Shown here one piece after another: positions 52,954-54,034 of a stretch of DNA of 54,034 nt (within the stretch, counting starts at the first letter, position 1; the number at the start of each line of letters is the position of its first letter). This DNA is from Kofleriaceae bacterium (GTDB taxonomy: Bacteria > Myxococcota_A > Polyangia > Haliangiales > Haliangiaceae): NCBI GenBank assembly GCA_046597055.1, contig JBKJLC010000008.1, positions 1 to 54,034 on the forward strand, given 5' to 3'. The notes below the pieces were generated by a model. The model was not told the origin of the DNA and did no database searches. It saw only the letters and a list, made by a program, of their open reading frames with translations. The position numbers and the translations under genes were made by a program.

Positions 52954-53303
52954 CCCTTCCCCGGTGTCCCGGAGCGAAGTGCGAAGCGAAGTCGAAGGGG
53001 CCACTCAGGATCGATCACAAGTCTTCATGTGATCGGAAGTGCTCGCCCTTTCCCGGTGTCCCTGAGCCGGCGCCGAAGGCGCCGTGTCGAAGGGCAGAGC
53101 TCGGGATTGACCACAAGTCTCCATGTGATCGAAAGCGCTCGCCCTTTCCCGGTGTCCCTGAGCCGGCGCCGAAGGCGCCGTGTCGAAGGGCCGAGGGCAG
53201 AGCGCCAGGGTGCCGCACGTCGCTCCGACGGGCTGCCCTTCGACGGCGGGCTCGCTCGCGCTCGCCTGGCACAGGGACACCGGGGAAGCTGTGCGGGATC
53301 CTG
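52954..53303. repeat. Composite REP-like array: three direct units plus one inverted unit
   Basis: Units start at 52961, 53053 and 53149 (92/96-bp period, with GATCAC..GTGATC linker hairpins); inverted unit 53236-53282; ends TGTGCGGGATCCTG like the 7.4 kb copy. Confidence 0.9.
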
Positions 53304-53591
53304 CGGGCGCCAAGGCGCCGCTGTCGATCGTGCAGATCCCCGCCTATCCCCTCCCGAGGGCATGCTCGTGCGCGGCCCCGAGGCGATGTCGGACCTGGTC
53401 ACGCACGTCCAGGACGCGCTCGAGGACGAGCGCCTCACCGCGGCCAACCGATATGGTCGTGCGCAGCGCGCACCCCGGTGATGGTGGTCGCGCACGAGCC
53501 GCACAGCGCCGCGCCCTGCGCGCGGTCGGCGCGCGTGCGCCGTCGCGGCAGGGTCGTGGCGGCAAGACCGAGCGCTTGGCCGTCACGTCGG

Positions 53592-53763
53592 GGCCTGTGG
53601 ACTCTGACGCCGCCGTGGACAGCCGCGCCTTCGAAGCCCGGACCGCTCCTGGGAAGACTGATGGGCGCGCCTGCCCACCGCGGCTTGGATTGCCGCGCCT
53701 GCGGGTCGTGGGTATCGGGCGGGCGGCGTGGATGGGCGCGCCAATCCACAGCTCCCACAGGCC
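53592..53763. repeat. Branched palindromic element (closing stem plus two long arms); possible MITE/REP or structured RNA
   Basis: GGCCTGTGG/CCACAGGCC closing stem; arm 1 53609-53629 with 53664-53684; arm 2 53685-53699 with 53735-53748. Confidence 0.65.
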
Positions 53764-53914
53764 GGCAACTACTCCTGCTCTTGAAACCTTTCCGGACCAG
53801 AAACCAGAGCCGTACTGGATCGTCCCAGCACGGCTTCCACCCGCGCGACCTGTACCGCCGGCCTCGCGGTCAACGCGGTCTCGACCTGGTGTCGATCTTT
53901 CGTGCGGAGCGTTA

Positions 53915-54034
53915 TCAGGGCGTGTCGTGGGTGGCGAAGTAGTGGAGGTCGCTCAGGACATACCCGTAGTTGACCGGGAGGCCGTCCCACTCGCACTGGC
54001 CGGTCTGTGGCGTGATCGCCAGATCGCGATTGCG
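53915..54034 (-). CDS. C-terminus of a gene running off the window, possibly DUF222/HNH-like
   Basis: RNRDLAITPQTGQCEWDGLPVNYGYVLSDLHYFATHDTP*; WDG.P..Y resembles DUF222/HNH protein C-termini. Confidence 0.45.
   Translation of the reverse strand, partial: RNRDLAITPQTGQCEWDGLPVNYGYVLSDLHYFATHDTP

Noticed and set aside
52954..53303. CRISPR array
   Set aside because: The intervening sequences are near-identical rather than unique spacers, the period is ~96 bp, one unit is inverted, and there are no cas genes.
52195..53481. 428-aa ORF as a genuine protein
   Set aside because: It is a chimera of a truncated DUF3142-like start, translated repeat DNA (PFPVSLSRRRRRRVEG twice) and an unrelated fragment.

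Overview
Very GC-rich bacterial chromosomal DNA. The gene content (three Hanks-type Ser/Thr kinases, TPR/PEGA, NHL and LRR proteins, several two-component systems, a sigma54 activator, an ECF sigma factor) suggests Myxococcota; this is inference only. There are about 40 intact CDSs, mostly signalling, secreted/lipoprotein and accessory-metabolism genes. I saw no rRNA, tRNA or CRISPR. The most unusual signal is non-coding: a family of palindromic REP-like units (CCTGAG...GTCGAAGG) forms two composite elements at 7.24-7.44 kb and 52.95-53.30 kb, both sitting where genes are cut off, and a third, divergent unit lies beside a RAYT-like HUH tyrosine transposase at 30.3-31.0 kb. One junction has a perfect 15-nt complementarity between the element and the flanking gene, and both left junctions share TCGAGATYGATC. 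Other notable items: a second branched palindrome family, a lipoprotein with a non-splicing Hint domain, a zraP/zraSR-like layout with a YHYH lipoprotein (sigma54 promoter and enhancer pair visible), a translationally coupled five-gene membrane/two-component operon, a HEAT/Zn-ribbon/trypsin protease, a DTW protein fused to a degenerate exonuclease-like domain, an IS21-like remnant, and many apparently leaderless promoters. All family assignments come from motif recognition by eye; no searches were run.
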